Assembly (NCBI GenBank): GCA_036172245.1 | Contig: JAYWIR010000004.1 | Span: forward strand, 2,480,001 to 2,544,000 | DNA length: 64,000 nucleotides | Direction: 5' to 3' | Origin: Raillietiella orientalis | Lineage: Eukaryota | Part shown: piece by piece, positions 46,980-61,900 of the stretch | Layout of the letters: the number at the start of each line of letters is the position of its first letter | Position numbering within the stretch: position 1 is the stretch's first letter | The notes under the pieces: generated by a model | What the model was told of the DNA's origin: nothing | Database searches by the model: none | The model's input: only the letters and a program-made list of their open reading frames with translations | Position numbers and translations under genes: made by a program

Positions 46980-49900
46980 TTAATCAACTAACCTGTACTC
47001 ATAATCAGTGTACTGGTTGCCATGGAATGGAACATTGTTATGTTTATCTGAATGAGGAAATTCCTCTGTAACAACCGATGAAGGATTACTCAGGGGGACT
47101 AATTTTGGCGTCCATGTTTGTCCACGAGGAACACTAGCCATTCGTGTGGTCACATAAGGCATACTAGGCACATTACACATAAAATAGTTTGGAGGTACAT
47201 AATGTGACACACTGTACATGTTGATTGGAGGTATAAAAGGCATTGTAAATGGACTAGAACTGTTGGAATAAGGATAAGAATATGATCCTACACTGTAAAA
47301 CGAGGATTCCAAAGAGCAATTTACAAGCTGATCGTTGGAATCAAGAAATGAATTATACTGATTCGAAAATTCCACTCCTGATACTGGAGGAGGTAAATTC
47401 AAAATACGTTCATCATTTACAGTTGTTAATGATGCAGTATCAAAAACATAGGGAGATGAATTTGCCTGGTTTTCAGATGTATCATCAAATGGCATTGAAG
47501 AGAGTGGAGGAGACTGCTCCACATAGGAATGAATAGAAGAAACAGAAGAGAGATTTCCTGCATTCCAATGGTTTTGATGTTGCAACCATAATGGAAAATT
47601 CTGTTTAAAATGTTCAATTTCTTCTCTGTGTCTTTGTTTGAGTTCTCTTAATTCTTTGGCATGTCTAAAGATATAAGAATAATTTCATGATAAACAAGAA
47701 ACATATACACCTAAAAATCATCTCTCTCCAACATATTTCTTCCAGAGAAACAGAAGGGTTATCCACATTAGCAACTGGATTTACCACTCCCCAATACTTC
47801 TGATCCATTGCATCTGAAATGTCAATATTTTCAAAACCAGGATATGGAGGATACTTCCGAGTTATTTCTAGAGAACAATCTGAATATTCCTCAACAATAG
47901 TACACTTAGCTTACCTTTGCAATCTTTGTCTTCAGAAATCACTTTCACTTCAAATCTCGATATTTGCTGAACAAACGGGATTTTATCGATTTTATCAGAA
48001 TCTTCAGCTGATGATGCTGATGATGGATTTATTGTAAGACCGTCAATGTCTTCATCAACCGATTTTACAGACATAAAACTTTTATTCAAATCTTCACTCG
48101 AAAGAGTTTCTTCAAGAGAAATTCCTGCCTGATGCTTTCGAACTGGTGATGATCTTGAAGCACTACTTCTATTATCAAGAGATTGTTGTATACTCTAGAA
48201 TTAAAGTTTATACACGTACAAGAATAATTCTTTGAAAAATAAGTCTTAAATCAAATAAATTAAATAAAATCAAGTGAAGATCAAAGTTATAAATCTTAGT
48301 TTCAAAATTGAACATATGTGACAGCATTAAGATGAGAAGAAATATGATGAAAAATAGATAATATTTGCAGGATACATAGCAACATGTGCTATGTGACCTG
48401 ACATGTTATCAAGAATATTCTAGTGCTGACCAAGGGGGAAGGAAGAGAGGCATTATACAAAAAGTCTTTTTCATAGGCACATCAAATTTTCAAACTGCTC
48501 TCAAAACACTCATAATTCTCACTCAAGTCTAACATAATCCATACACAGGCATACTAACTTGAGCATTTGCAGTGCTAGCTTGATTTGGTTGAAATGGTTT
48601 GTCTTTAGCCATAGCTTGTGTTTGCAATGTTTTACAAAGTTCCTAAGAACTTCATTAATTGACAACAGTAAAACTCTATCGCATACCATATCCAAATCTT
48701 CAAGAAAATGGTTAACTTGTGTTGATCCAGATGCACACTCAGAATCTTTAAGTACTGTTGTGTCTAATTCGGATGGTGTTTCAGTTCCAGAACTCGGAAA
48801 AGATGATGAAATTGCTGCACTCTGAAATGCATGCATAAAGCATTAAAATTTGGATCCACGATGCAAATATCTCATTCTCCGAATGGTAATGAAATCATAA
48901 TGCAAAGGAAGTACAAAATTTTGATTAAAATAAAAAAAAAGCAAAGAAAACGCCACTTCAAAAAGGAATTTTCAGCAGAAGAAAACGTGAAGTGCAATCA
49001 TAACAATATGATCAAATTATGCCTTATATATGCAGCTTTCGTAATTAATCCAAACTGAATAAAAGCTAAAGTAGGAAATCACGAAGAATGTATATAAAAG
49101 GATGTATAAAGGCACCAAACACCTTGGTTAACCCACACATAAAGACATGAACATAAGCTCACAACAAAATAGCGCCCTTATATTCGACCTTCACCATCTA
49201 TACAATAATAAATAAAGAAAAAAGAATGAATGAAAGTACAAGTACACCTAATCAGGAAAAACCACATCCAGACCCACTGAACCTTTTGGAAAACTAAAGC
49301 AAACAGGTATCGGTAGAGATCACCTTATTTGACAAAGCTTCCGCATTCAAATTGATGATTTTGATTTCAGAATCTGAATCTGATGTCACAATGATAACAG
49401 GAACAGGATAAAGCATCTGTTTTCCCTATAATGAAGGTACTTGATTTCTAAGGTGCACAATTTGCTTTAAGATGTTGCAACATTATCGCATAATCCCGAG
49501 TTCACTGATTTTTATAACTTACAATTTGAAATATGAAGAAAATGGATTATACGAAACCATAAAAAATTTGTTAATACATTTGTTATCAAGAGTGTTATAG
49601 AAGAAATTCAGTTTAAAATAAAAGAAATACTATACAGCTGAACAACTTTTCACACATACAACCAAGAACAATCATGTTTTTCAACTTACTCCAGTAACAT
49701 TTGACACCAAGGGGCAAGGCATAACTGAAGACATCACTTGACTAGCATTTGAAGTGCTTGATGGTGTCTGAAAAACATTGTTCCTAATGATAACAACAGG
49801 AGTTGACCAAAAAACAAAAATATGTTATTCAACACAATACATTAAAGTGTGATAACACCATGACAAAAGATACAAATAATTCATTTCCCCTCATAAAAAG

Positions 49901-52900
49901 AAGACATGACTATAATTAAAAAGGGCCAAATCACCTTTACATTTTTGAATTTGAAATAGTGAAAGAAATCACATCAATAAATTTACGTTTCATATACAGA
50001 TTCGATGTACAGTTCATAAATGCATGCATAACTTTCATTTAGGGAACAATGATTTATCATGGGGAACACATTAATGAATTTTAAGGAAAGGCAATGCAAT
50101 TAAAAGAATTCACTGCCACTACACATAGTTGCTGGTACTTTCTGTTAATACCTATTGTGCTGGTAAAATACCTACACCTATGAAGAAACTACGTCCGATG
50201 ACTGAAAAGTAACAAAACAGGTAAATTAGACATCACAGTGCACCTTGCATTTTATAGTTTAATTAACATCATGGTCTAATTGGCATAATGGAAGGACAAC
50301 CAAATTATATATTAATGAAATTTTTCTCATATCACTATCATTAGTTTTTTAAAAGATACTCACTCGTGTAAGGCACTCAGATCTTTTTCAGGCTGTCTTA
50401 TGCAAGAGAATTTTTGAAAAGTTTGCTTGTATCCTATTAATAATTGTATCTTATTACTACATTATCTTCCCTTATTATTACTATTATCTTCCCTTCTTTG
50501 AACTATATTTTTAAAGCTTCCGAAATGTGATTTAAAAATCAACCAAATGATTGAAAACAGTTTAAAATGCATTTTCTTAATTCCCAAAAAACATATCTAG
50601 TGTACTGTAAACTAAAATGCTTTCTATGAAGAAGCAATGAAATAAATGGTGTATACAGGCTTACATAGTATTATTATCAATAATTAAAAAAATAATTGGG
50701 AGCAGTGAAAATATGCTTCAAAGCTTGCTACAGGGATCAGAAATATTAAGTAATCTTTCAAATATTGCTTAAATGAAAGAGATTTTCTTTTATCGAGATG
50801 ACAAATTGGGGTACTTTTTTGGCATTATTTTAATGTTCTACACAAACCTTCATTTAACAAATATAAACAAGGTTGTATTCTTATTGCACTGCAATATACT
50901 TTTACTTTGAGCATATAAAGTCTGACAAGAGAAGTGAAAAAATTATAGGAACATGGACACATCATTTGGGAAGAATGAAATTTTATTTTAAAATTTAAAT
51001 GTTCAACAAGAATTGAAGATTGGCACACTGCTGCATCTTAAAACTGAATTTAATGTCCTGCTAAGTATGTAAGTATGTATATCAGGGATGAAATTCCTGA
51101 TTAGATTTTTAAATAAATGACTAATATTTATAATAAAAAGAAATAATCACCGATGAATTTGCAATTTTTCGAAATCCTTGAATTAATAAAACTTTAACAT
51201 TTTAACATATAGCTTAATCTCCTAAAGAAGACTACACAGAAAGAAATGAGCGAACAGGACGGGATGGGATAATGAAACAAGAAAAAAAAACACCTCGACA
51301 TACACGAACAGCACAGCAAGGGAATTAGCAATCAAAAAATTATTAGCACTTACAAGCGATGGAAATATCTGAGTTACACAGGTGTAATCAGACTGACAGC
51401 GTGGATATGCACTGTGCCAAGTAGACCTTGGGCAACCACAAACTGAGCTTTTAGTAACCTATAGAGCATGCAACCATAATAAAAATAAAAAGCGAATTGC
51501 TGCATTTTATAAATATGTAAAAAGAAATCTCAGCATCAGCTTTCAAGAGAATAAGATCAGAAACTGAATTAGAATAAAAATAAGAATGTCATCAGTCTAA
51601 TAAACAATACAAAGAGGCTTGAGAAACTAAAATTCTATTTGAAAACAAGTCTGCTTACCACTGCCTGAATAGTACTTTGTGCAGTGTGAACTCCAGATAA
51701 ATGTTTGCTTAATTTAGACTGTAGATTTGCTAAATCCATAGGAGAATTGTGCTGAATTGGTCCGTTTGAAGAAACTGTCATTATCAAATCAAAAGGTTGA
51801 GATGTCAATTCTGTTAATTTTTGTTGTAATTCTGCTAGAGACTCTGGTATTCTGCAAAAATATAGCATTATATGGAGTATCACCTAAATAAAAACGTAAT
51901 TCTGCTTCCTATTCCTACTATTTATTGTAATTTTCTCAAAGGAAATGGAGCTTGCATTTACCCATGATCAGCAGTTCTCTCTACAGATGTTTGATGCATT
52001 AACTTAAGTGAATCTCCATCTTTTGTGACAGTTTCCTGTTGTAATGATTTTTCATCTTTACATTTTGCAAGAGACGCCTGCATTTCCTTGGAGATGAAAA
52101 TAGATAATGCCCATAAAATACTTTTAGGCATAATGATACTTATATAAAATATTGCTACAATTAATGCACTCAGGCATTCCTCTAAGATGACATTTTTTAC
52201 ATAAAGGATACTTTAGTAAAAATAATTTTAATTGTAACATTAATCGAAATTCTAAAGACATATTTGATCACGCTATTTTAGCATTTATCTTATGTAAATA
52301 AATGTGTACTTTTTTACAGGTATTGAAGAAACCTATAAAATAACGTATATTTGTTTTCAATAACGAAACAGAAATGTTTACGTATTTGCTATCATGCCAT
52401 TTCAAAAAGATCTAAAAAGGATAATCCTTATTTATTCTATAAAAAATACAGTTGAATAACAAGATGTATTCAATATAAAATTATGAACAAGGTATAGAAT
52501 GAAATATAAACTGCATGTAAAATTTAATTGAAAAAGATTCTTGCATTTTTTGGTATAAAAAAAATAATAATAGTTTAAAGTAGTAGAGCACAGAAATACG
52601 TAAGTACATATTTTCTCTTGCCCACATGTATGCAAATGTATTGGAATTGCTTCAGCATAGTATCAAAATATAATGAAAAGCGATTCCGCCACAATTTTAA
52701 TTTGCTGCGTTGAAAACTCAGTTTTTTTTAAAACATATCCCCGCTTTGCTAAAGGTTAGGCAATAATAGATTAACTTAAAAATCTTGTATCTTCATGCAG
52801 AAGAATTCATATGTTTATTTTTAACCATTAAACCTAATGTTATTTACAATGGGCGCAATCAAGAAATTCAATATTTATAAGCAACAAGCAGTTCATGATC

Positions 52901-55900
52901 ATTCCTCTCTTCATTTGAAAGAATAGTTCGTGAAAATTGGTGGTTCATAAAATGCTCTTTGATATATATACTATGCATCAAACTTTTCCATACTGAGTGA
53001 ACTCCAAGTCTCAAAGAGATAATCTTATTTAAAATAAGCATCAATAGTAATAGAGTAATCAGCTACGTTCATCACAGAAAAATTTATCAAAGTACACACA
53101 TAAGTCTATGAAAACATAATTATAAAAGTTGCATTATCATTATGAATAATGTCCCATTACTATTGTTTAGATTCTACCTTTCCAACAGCAGCTTCATCAA
53201 ATTCTGTTGATTGCAAATCCAACTGTTGCTGTACTGGTATGACTTCAAATCTCGAAATTTTTCTTTTCTAAAAAAATTTTAGGTGATGATTACAGTTAAT
53301 GAATGCTTACTGGTTGTGCTTGTACGGATTCTGTGGATGCACAGGGAATACCATCATTAGATGCCCTATCATCCTTACTGATTTGTTCCTAAGGTATTAA
53401 TAAAAATTAACTATTAACAATAGATCTACTTTCGAATTTTTTTTTATTAATAATGGTAGTAAAAATGATAGTTTACAAATTAATAGTTTTATTTCCATGA
53501 CCTAATGAGTGCACAACATAGAAAAAAATAAGAATCTCATTTCGAAGTCGATAGTAGACCACAGAAATGTGCATTTTCCTCAGCATAAATCATGATAGAA
53601 ACCTCAATTTAAAACCTCAATAATATTCATCAACACCAAGTAACACAAATTACTTACTAAACCTTCATTTAAAAAATCACATTTTGACTCTTCACATTTC
53701 TCTTTCAGATGAGTAATGCATCTTTTCAACTGGTCAACAAATGCATCTTTCTGTGTTTCAATTAAAAAGTTTTCCTGAAGCTAAAATCAATAACTGTTTT
53801 AACTGATATTTTAAAGACAAATTAACTAACCAAATTCTTCGTGACTTCATCTGGAATAACATCATCCAAATCAAATTGAAAAGTTACTGTTTTCTGTTTT
53901 GTAGTTTCAAGCTGACATTCCACTGTATTCCCAACAACACTTAAAACAACTAAATGAGGAATCTTTTCTAAAACTCTTCGTTTCTTTGATTTCTTCATTT
54001 TTTTGCTATCTAAAGTTGGTTCACTTAATTCACTGGCAGAATCAGTAGCTATGCTGAGATACAATCACAAACTGGATATGCCATTCATGAAATTAGAGTA
54101 CTTGTCCTGCTTTTCCAGTGTGACTCCAGAATAATGCTGTTCTGGAACTCCTTCTGCTATGGAACTCGGTGGTTTGCATTTTAATTCAGAAATACAATCA
54201 CTTCCATCTGAAGTCTAAAAAATCACATTGTAATTAAAACGATATTATCGAAACATAAAGTCAAACATTAGATGAAGGTTTTTTTACATGAAATCAAATA
54301 TACAGAAATAAAAATAAACGATATCACAAAAATTATTCATCAATGTAAATACATTTTATACTTTTGAATTTAAATATAAGTAAGCCATTACTAAGGGCAC
54401 ATTTTTTCAACAAATAAATCACTATTAAAATAAATCACAATAATCATCTATCAAATCATATATTCCACTGCAATTTCTAGCTGTCATTTATGATATACAG
54501 AAAACCTGTTACTGTGAAGTCGAATATATGATTTACTCAGGGATCAAACAAACACCGTTTGAACAGTGATTCGAAGTCAAATTTTCAAACTTTTATATAG
54601 CACTTACAAGTCAAAAATAAAACTAAAGATATGTTACGGCTGAAACATAGAATTTACAGAAAAGTTTCAAATTTGCTACACGTGGGTTCAAATTCTTTTA
54701 TCGATCTTGATAAAATGATCCAAAAATTTATTAAACCGGAAACCTTCCAAGCATTTTTTCCCCCCGAATTCTACAAAAATCAAAAGAAGCAACACGGACT
54801 GAAACTTATTATTTTCTACACACGGATATCTATTATTTGATGCAAATATTCTTTATACACAGAGAATACCAATGCTATGGATTAAACACGATATTTTGAT
54901 AAAAAGGTCATCACGGTAGTCAAGAATGAGTAATGGGGTGCATACATACTCTCTTAAATTCACGACAACGCAATTTTTTTTTGTGTAGCTATTTGTCATG
55001 TGTTTCTAAAAAACTATACTGTTCCGTGTAAATAACCAGGAAGTGTTCCAAATGTATTTACCGGAAATAGTATATCTAAATTGGTAGATGTATTGTTAAA
55101 AGTCTGTTCACATATACTCAATGGATCAGACTGTGACAAAGTAAAATCATCTAGAGGAATTTGGGGTATTTTTCTAGGTGAAATCTGCAAAGTACTGAAT
55201 TAATAATAAAGATTTTTGGAACCTTACATTTTCTACAAGAACACCATGCACTGAATTCTTAGTAGAATGAGCAGATGAAGAGCCTGATGCTAAAACATCC
55301 TGTTGGAAAAGTGAATCAGCTGTATTTTGTGGAACTGAATTAAGAATATGTTTATCAACTGATGAAACTATATCTATCGAGGATAATTGGTGATTCTGCA
55401 AATGTGTCCCATCTGTATAGTGATAATGAGCACATTGTGAATTTCCTTTAAAGATGGCACAATTAAAAGAGTTACAAGTATGCTGTTGGCTTGACTGATC
55501 CTCAAACGCAACTTGGGTGCCAAAATCCTGAAGAAAAATGAAAACATGATCACATAAATCAAAACTAGTATCGTCAGAATAAACATTCCGGAGTAATTAA
55601 AGCAAAGCATCATTACATGATGTAATATTTAAAAACACGTAATAAGATAAATAAATAAATAATTGAAACGTATTCATCTAAATCTCACTCCCCTTTAAAT
55701 CGGCATCAATTCGAAATCTGATCTTCCTGCAATGAAATTAAACCAACACGTTAATTACCTGGGAAGTTTCCGAAATTTTCAAGGAACTAATTCCACTCTC
55801 AGTTACATGATTCACAGAGGATACCAGCTCGCTATCTGCAAAAGTAATAAATGCTCTGAACAGTGTATTTCCAGGAGTCGGAATTATAATCATGTAATTA

Positions 55901-58900
55901 CAAACTGAATGTCCCAATAAGCAAACATTAAATGTACCATGTACGACTTCTGTAGAAGTAAATGTATCTTGTGATCTAGGAAGTGTACAGTTCTCAACAA
56001 CTGATTCTTTTTTCTGTTTCCGAAGGGCACGTTCTTTCACTAATGCTGTAATCTGATTGCGAATCAATCTTGCAGCCACTTTTATATCGTCTTCTCCGAG
56101 AAATCCAGTTTTCACCTGTAAGCACATTAAGTGTCTAAAATAAAAAAGGAAAAAGTAGGCCTACCATTCCTTGAGCTATTTCTTCCGCGTTTTCGTTATC
56201 GATGTCAAATTCAAACTGAATTGCTTCATTTTCCTTGTGCTTATCTTTTCGTTTCTTTGGATCCAAAACTCTCATTAAAAGATTCACTTTTCCAGATACA
56301 CTTGCAAGAGCTTCTTCACGACAAACTAGTTCAACCATCAAACCTGGATCTTCCAGAAAAAAATCATGCTCTAGAAGTTCTCGAACAGTAGGCCTATAAC
56401 CAAAATATAGGATGATATCAACAAATTTGTTTTCATCCAAACAAACAATTCCATGCAATACTTATTCCATGCAATTCTTGGCTTTCTTTGTCATTTTACA
56501 TACATGGTATTGAAATCATTCAAAGTTTAATGAAATATGAACCTAATTTTTTCTTTCAATGCCAGTGAACTGATTGGTGAGAAATAAAGAATGAAATGAA
56601 ATGAAATAAAGTTGAAATAAAGTTTGGAAGATAGAATGAAATAAAGTTTGCAATATGACAATATGAAACTGCTTACTTAGCTTTCAAACAATTCACCTAA
56701 CTAATGGCAACAAATAAAACACTCATTTCCAAAAGCATATAATACTTAAAGCTGGCTAAGATTTATCATTAAAAATGAGGCATGTCTTTTCAAATAGTAC
56801 TATGACTGATTAATCACTTAGATTAAGTAATTCCATATTCAAGAGCTGGGAAACCTCCACTATAAGATTTCCAATACAATACGCTGAAATATTAGAACAA
56901 ATGTGTGACTATGAAAAGCACCATTTTCTAATAATCCAACACCAAGTCAATAAGATACTGAATAAGTAGACCACGTATTTGCAAGATATTCCAATATTTT
57001 AATAACAGCAATGGAAAAATATCTGCAATTACTGATTGCAAAAGAAAATGGTCACTAGAAGAGGCCAGAAACAACAAAAATGCATAAAGAATGAATATTT
57101 CAAAAATGCATAAAGAAAGGAATTTCTCCCATACTCAGATAAAAAAACGAAAACAGTTTGCCAAGAATAGGATACTTGACCAACCTTTCATCTTTCTTTA
57201 GTCGTATACATCTGTCAATGATATCCCGCACTTGTGTGTTCTCTACTCTGCTAAAACACTGGGGTCGTACACCCTAAAATAATTATTTTTGAGAGCAATT
57301 GATGATCCACTTTTAAAAAAAAAAAAAAAAAAAAGAATACTGAATCTGGCTTATATGTTAATTGTGTGTGCAACTTGCAATTGACACAAATTTGATTTAA
57401 TATTCATTTACCGGCATGCAGATATTTAATTTAACTATTTTGAAGCACTACAAAATCTTACATTTATGACTTTTTTATAAATCTGTGCTGGTCCACTGCA
57501 TTCCGAATATGGATATTCTGATGTAGCCATCTCTAGCATACACATTCCAAAAGCATATACATCCACACTCTCATCATAATGTTCCTCATAGACTTCTGGT
57601 GCCATAAATTCTGGTGTACCTACACAATTTAAAACATCCATTGTCATATTTAAGAACTCAAAAGTTACTATTTTGTGATCCAAACTATATTGATTTGTTG
57701 AGATTTATTACACAGCACAATAAGAAATGACTACACAGCACACAGTATATAATGATTCCCTTTTAAGCCTTACCTATTACAGATTTAGCACATGATCTAT
57801 TCTTGAGTGTTGCCAGACCTAAATCTCCGATTTTCACGCTACCAGTAGTTCCAGTAATAAATATGTTATCACACTTTAAATCTCTGTGTATGATAGAAGG
57901 AACTCGAGAATGAAGAAAATATAAGCCCTTCAATATTTGCCGACACCACGACTTATACACTTTCAGATTCACTTTTTTAAATCGTCTTAAATAGCTAAAA
58001 ACAAAAACAATTTAAATTGGAAACAGTTTTAAAAACTCACGTTTTTAAAGTTCCAGATGTCATCAATTCTGTTACCAGAACAATGTATTTTTTTTTGGGG
58101 GTAACAACTTCCCATGAATCAAAAAATCTCACAATATTTGGATGTTGTAAATCTTTCAACATTTCAGCTTCTTCTTTGAAACGCTGTCTCTCATTTTTGG
58201 TCAACTTTCTGTCCTATAAACATTATTTACCAAACATTAATATGTTAGCATGCATTTTTCTCAACATAGCATTAAGATTTTTTAAATAGTTTGCATGTTT
58301 AAAATCCCTATTACCTTATTATAGTTACTTTTACTAGGAAAGTGTAATTCCGAAATTGGCTTGTGATTTTAGATATTTACAAATCTTCATCTTTAACGAT
58401 GATATATGCAGAATGAATTAATTTATATTAAAAATCGATATTAAAAACACAGTCTCAATTTAATAAATTTAACGGTTGACAATGTTTTTGGAAGCATTAC
58501 ATGTATTTACTTTGATCACTGTTTTATTCTGAGAATTATGGAGAGAACGTTAAACACCAACCTTTAAGTAATGTGAATTTCTGCATTAAACATACTGAAA
58601 GCAAGCAATACTGAATGATCTTCAAATCCATGTGCCCCTAACAATTCCTTTCTGTGCAACAAATCCAAATCAAAGAAACGAAGGAATACAGTACTTGAAA
58701 AACTGTTGACATGAGATGCTGTTATTGACAATACGTTTTCCTTAAAAATTATCATACTTTATCAAGAAAACAACTGAACACGCTCTTAAGGAACAAAAAA
58801 ACCATCCAAACATCAGAAAAATTTCGTGATTTATTGTGGAACAAAAACAGTTCCTACATAGCTTCCAAATAACTCTGAAACTCAATAACAGCGTCTCACC

Positions 58901-61900
58901 TCAAGGACTTTAATCCTTGTGCTTAAATGCTAGAAATTACTTAAACACAAAATTCCAGAAATCACAATTCCAAAATATAAAATACCAACACATTAGAAAA
59001 CATTTACATTAAGGGAAACCTAATTAATCTTGGGATATTGGATATACAACAATAATATACTTTTCATCATGATTGTTAGCAGCATATTTTCATAAAGAAA
59101 TGGACTATAATCTATGGAGAAAAAACAATTGCTACACAAGCATTACCTAGGATAAACATCAGTCTCAATACAACTTGGATATGTTCACTTGGCAAGGCAT
59201 CAGGGCCCTCATCAATTTTCAAAGTAAACAGCTAGTTTCGATCACATAACAAAAATCCCAATGCTATCCAACACAAACCACAAATTCAAGTTTTCATTAA
59301 AATTCCCAAAATCCAACTTTTCTTTTATGCAAACTGTTATTTAGGGGGGGGGGGGGGGGAACCTAAAAACCTTTTTTATTTTGGAGAAATGAGAGCTTAA
59401 TTATTGACGAAAAAAACTTCTCTAAACATGGTCATGATACATGTTCCATAAGAATAGTTAATAAACAATAAAATTAATTATTAAGAAGGGTCATTTGAAC
59501 TGAGCAAAACTGCTGCAAAGTTTCGAAACAGCAAACTGATTTAATGACAATCTCATTCTGTATTAGTACTGTTTACTAGTCTGTTCTGTATATAATATTG
59601 GATATAAATCGAAAAAACTCATAGAAAATCGGGTGGAAAACTCACCAAAAATTTTACACAGTGTAAGACGGCAAAAAGGTATAAACATCTTGGGGATCTA
59701 TTAGCATGAACTTAGCAAATGCACATAAAAGTATTGTATGTATGTGTTATGCATGTAATAATTAAATTACATGTAATTTAATCATGGATTTAAAACAGGC
59801 TTGGTATCTAAGCAAAAGCAATGAGAAAATGAGAATCACACACTGATTAAGTTGATATTTATGTAAATATTATTAATGGTAGCTTTCATAACTTAAAAGA
59901 GTTCATGAGCTTCCTAAACTGAGAATAGCTACAAAAGTACTTCACACTCTTTAAGGATGTCACATAATTGGACATTTTTATCTATATACCAACTAGATTT
60001 TCTTTTTATGATTTGTTTAAATCTCAACTTCCTCACATCTTATAAGAACCCTTATGGTAACAAATATCAGCTCACATGTTCGCAATTCCTAGACTTTAAA
60101 AAGAAATTGAAATTCAACTTTCACTAAGGTATAATACAACAGAAAAATGCCAAATTACAGAGATTAATGTAGGCAAAATGCTATTCTCAAAATTCTTTGA
60201 ATAAAAGGACTATTTTCCTTTTTTCACTGTTTCTTATAAAGAAAATATGCATACAGTAAAATAAAATCAACACTTATAAGTTAAAAATAATCTGCAATAC
60301 GCACTAAAATAATTAATAATCAATGATTTGAGATACACTTGATTTCTACATATATGAATTCTGGAAAATTGGATTTGATAAGAACTCCCAAAATTAAGTA
60401 CACGCAAAATAAAAAGCATAAATGTTTCAATTATGTATTTCATTACATTATTTTAAAAAACCTCAACTGTGCATTCATGCACTTAGTTAAATTATGTACA
60501 GATGTCATTCTATAAACTATTTTATTCCATAATGTACAATTTTTATTCTACTTAATAACAGTATATTTTTTGAGTGTTGATCAAAGACTTTTTTTTATAT
60601 GGGTGTCTTATATGGAAATAGTTTCATATGTCCAAACAAACTGCCACCTTAGTTACCTAGCAATGCATTCATATCCTATTTAATGGGTGGAACATCACAC
60701 ACAAAGCAAACTGACTTCCAACATTTAATTTAAATAAAGGAATTTCCAAGAAAATTACACTGTTGACAAATGATATACTGATAGATAAGATATACTACTA
60801 TATCACATCCTGAAATATCCAGCACTCTCATCAGGTGCCTGCAACTTTCAAATTGATTAATCTTCGATTTTCTTTCTTTAAACTATGGAATCAATTCTTA
60901 TTTACAATGAAAGTCTGCAAAATACAAGTGTTTTTCTTATGTGAGAATACGCTGAATGATTAATTTGCTTCAGGAAAATAAAGTATTTCAGCAATCAACA
61001 AACTCACGTCTTCCTAATTAATACAATTCTAACCACAAGCAGTAAAGAAAGAAAGAAAGGTTTTTCATTGCACTGTTTTAAAAAACCATCCAAAAACAAA
61101 ATAAAAATCATGGGAAAAAATTAAAAAAATCTGGACATAAGACTGAAGAAACATAAATATAAACATTTTAAATAAATAACACTGTTCACCAAAATTAAAA
61201 ACTTTTCTCAGAAACATTACTGCAGCAGATATAGAATTGAGTAATACAAATATGTGCAAAGCCCTGCATGCACAATTCGATTAAAGTGGCTTAAATTCGA
61301 TGCAAACAACACCAAAGGCATCCAGAATACGTTACCAATTATATTTGCAAAAATGTGAACCCACTACGATTCCAACTGGAATAAAGGTGATAAGATGTAA
61401 AATAACTGGTATTCTAACAAAAGAATAATGTCTATAATAAATCTAAAAAAAAAAAAAAATAAAAGGATAGGAGGTAGTTAAGTAATTCTACAATTGCTTC
61501 CAGCGTGGATTTGTGCTTTAAGTGCTACGTAATGAAAACATAAATTGGTAACAATTCACCACATATAATCATTTACCCATATTACATACTGATGAACACT
61601 TATGAAAAGTAGAATTATGAGTCGCACATAAAAATGATTTTTGCTTCATTTGAGAATGAAATCCGGTTTAAAAGACATAACTCCATGTACTATTGCATTA
61701 TCTCAAATATAAGTCATACTTTCAAGAACATTTTCTTTCAAAGGAAGTATTTCAAGAAAATGAATTTCTTTTCAAGCACAACTTTACTTCTACTAATACT
61801 TTTCTAAACACAAAATCACATTAGCAGATATTAAAACACGTGAATCACGAGATCTTTATTCCCTATAAAGATTAATTGATCCACACCTTTTATCTCAAAT

